Part shown: one piece after another, positions 63,246-64,000 of the stretch | How positions within the stretch are numbered: the stretch's first letter is position 1 | Layout: every line of letters begins with the position of its first letter | NCBI GenBank assembly: GCA_965198115.1 | Contig: OZ240241.1 | Span: 544,001 to 608,000 of the forward strand | Source of the DNA: Candidatus Latescibacterota bacterium | GTDB taxonomy: Bacteria; Latescibacterota; UBA2968 | Direction of reading: 5' to 3' | DNA: 64,000 nt | Notes under the pieces: generated by a model | Told to the model about the DNA's origin: nothing | Seen by the model: the letters and a program-made list of their open reading frames with translations, nothing else | Databases searched by the model: none | Translations under genes and position numbers: made by a program

Positions 63246-64000
63246 TTACTCATCACGCAGAGCAAGGACAGGGTCGGTTTGCGTGGCGCGATAAGCATGG
63301 TAGATCACTGTAAGTTGGGCGATGATGAGGGCGATGGTCGTACTGACAGCAAACACCAGAGGTCCCAGGTCAGTGCGGTAGGCGAAGTTATCGAGCCACC
63401 CGCGCACAACGACCCACGCGACGGGTGTGGCGACAGCTGCAGCGATCAAGACCATCACGAGAAATTCGCGTGAGACGAGGGTCACAACAGTCCTATTGGT
63501 TGCGCCAAGCGTTTTGCGCACACCGATTTCCTGCCGGCGCTCTTCGGTCGCATAAGAGGCCAACCCGAACAGGCCCATGCACGCTAGCAGGATGGCCACA
63601 CCGGCGGCCAGGAGCGTCAGCGTCTGTATCCGACGTTCATCCCGATACATATTTTCGAACTGCTGATCCCAGAAGACATACCGGAAGCCTCGATTGGCCG
63701 GTGCGAAGCGTTCCCACGTTTCCTCAAGGAAGGATAAGGTTTCGACCATGTTCTCCGCCCGGACGCGAAGGGCAAGGTCGTAGAACTGAGTGTTTCGGAT
63801 GATCATGGCAATGGGGCCGATCCTGTTGTGAAGGGAGCCAGCGTGGAAGTCCCGAACGACACCGACGACCGGACCGACGCGCAGGCGAGATTTGTCCTCC
63901 CACTTGAAGGCCTTGCCCAGCGCAGCCTTCTTGCCTGTTCCGTTTGCATCCCAACCGAGTAGTTCGACGGCTGTTTCGTTCAGAATGAAAGCGTGTGAGG
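63246..64000 (-). CDS. ABC transporter permease (FtsX/MacB family), 5' part outside window
   Basis: GVVRDFH, LACMGLFGLA, RRQEIGVRKTLGA, WLDNFAYR, DPVLALRDE. Confidence 0.92.
   Translation of the reverse strand, partial: SHAFILNETAVELLGWDANGTGKKAALGKAFKWEDKSRLRVGPVVGVVRDFHAGSLHNRIGPIAMIIRNTQFYDLALRVRAENMVETLSFLEETWERFAPANRGFRYVFWDQQFENMYRDERRIQTLTLLAAGVAILLACMGLFGLASYATEERRQEIGVRKTLGATNRTVVTLVSREFLVMVLIAAAVATPVAWVVVRGWLDNFAYRTDLGPLVFAVSTTIALIIAQLTVIYHAYRATQTDPVLALRDE

Overview
GC-rich bacterial chromosomal window with two very different halves. The first ~20 kb is intact housekeeping DNA: mnmG(partial)-bioB on the minus strand, then a PilZ protein, a TPR protein, efp-accB-accC-gcvH-HNH-trpS-scpA-scpB-rluB-cmk-plsC-rpsA, mtaB, a GNAT, a SPOR protein and mutS. 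Gene order and accessory content resemble an FCB-superphylum lineage such as Latescibacterota; this taxonomic call is inference. From ~20.4 kb on, the window is a decaying accessory region. It holds seven IS elements or remnants (2x ISL3, 2x one IS256-family element, 1x another IS256-family element, 1x truncated IS3, 1x IS200/IS605), several interrupted or frameshifted genes, and at least three families of short dispersed repeats. The standout is a cobalamin-independent methionine-synthase-like (MetE catalytic domain) gene at 39228-40337. It has an in-frame TGA exactly at the zinc-ligand Cys of the H-x-C motif, followed 11 nt later by a hairpin matching the bacterial SECIS model, making it a candidate selenoprotein. 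Second is an unusual operon: an MMPL/RND exporter fused to a DAG-kinase-like domain, followed by a thymidylate-kinase-like/SAM-methyltransferase fusion, behind a palindromic operator. No rRNA, tRNA or CRISPR array was recognised.
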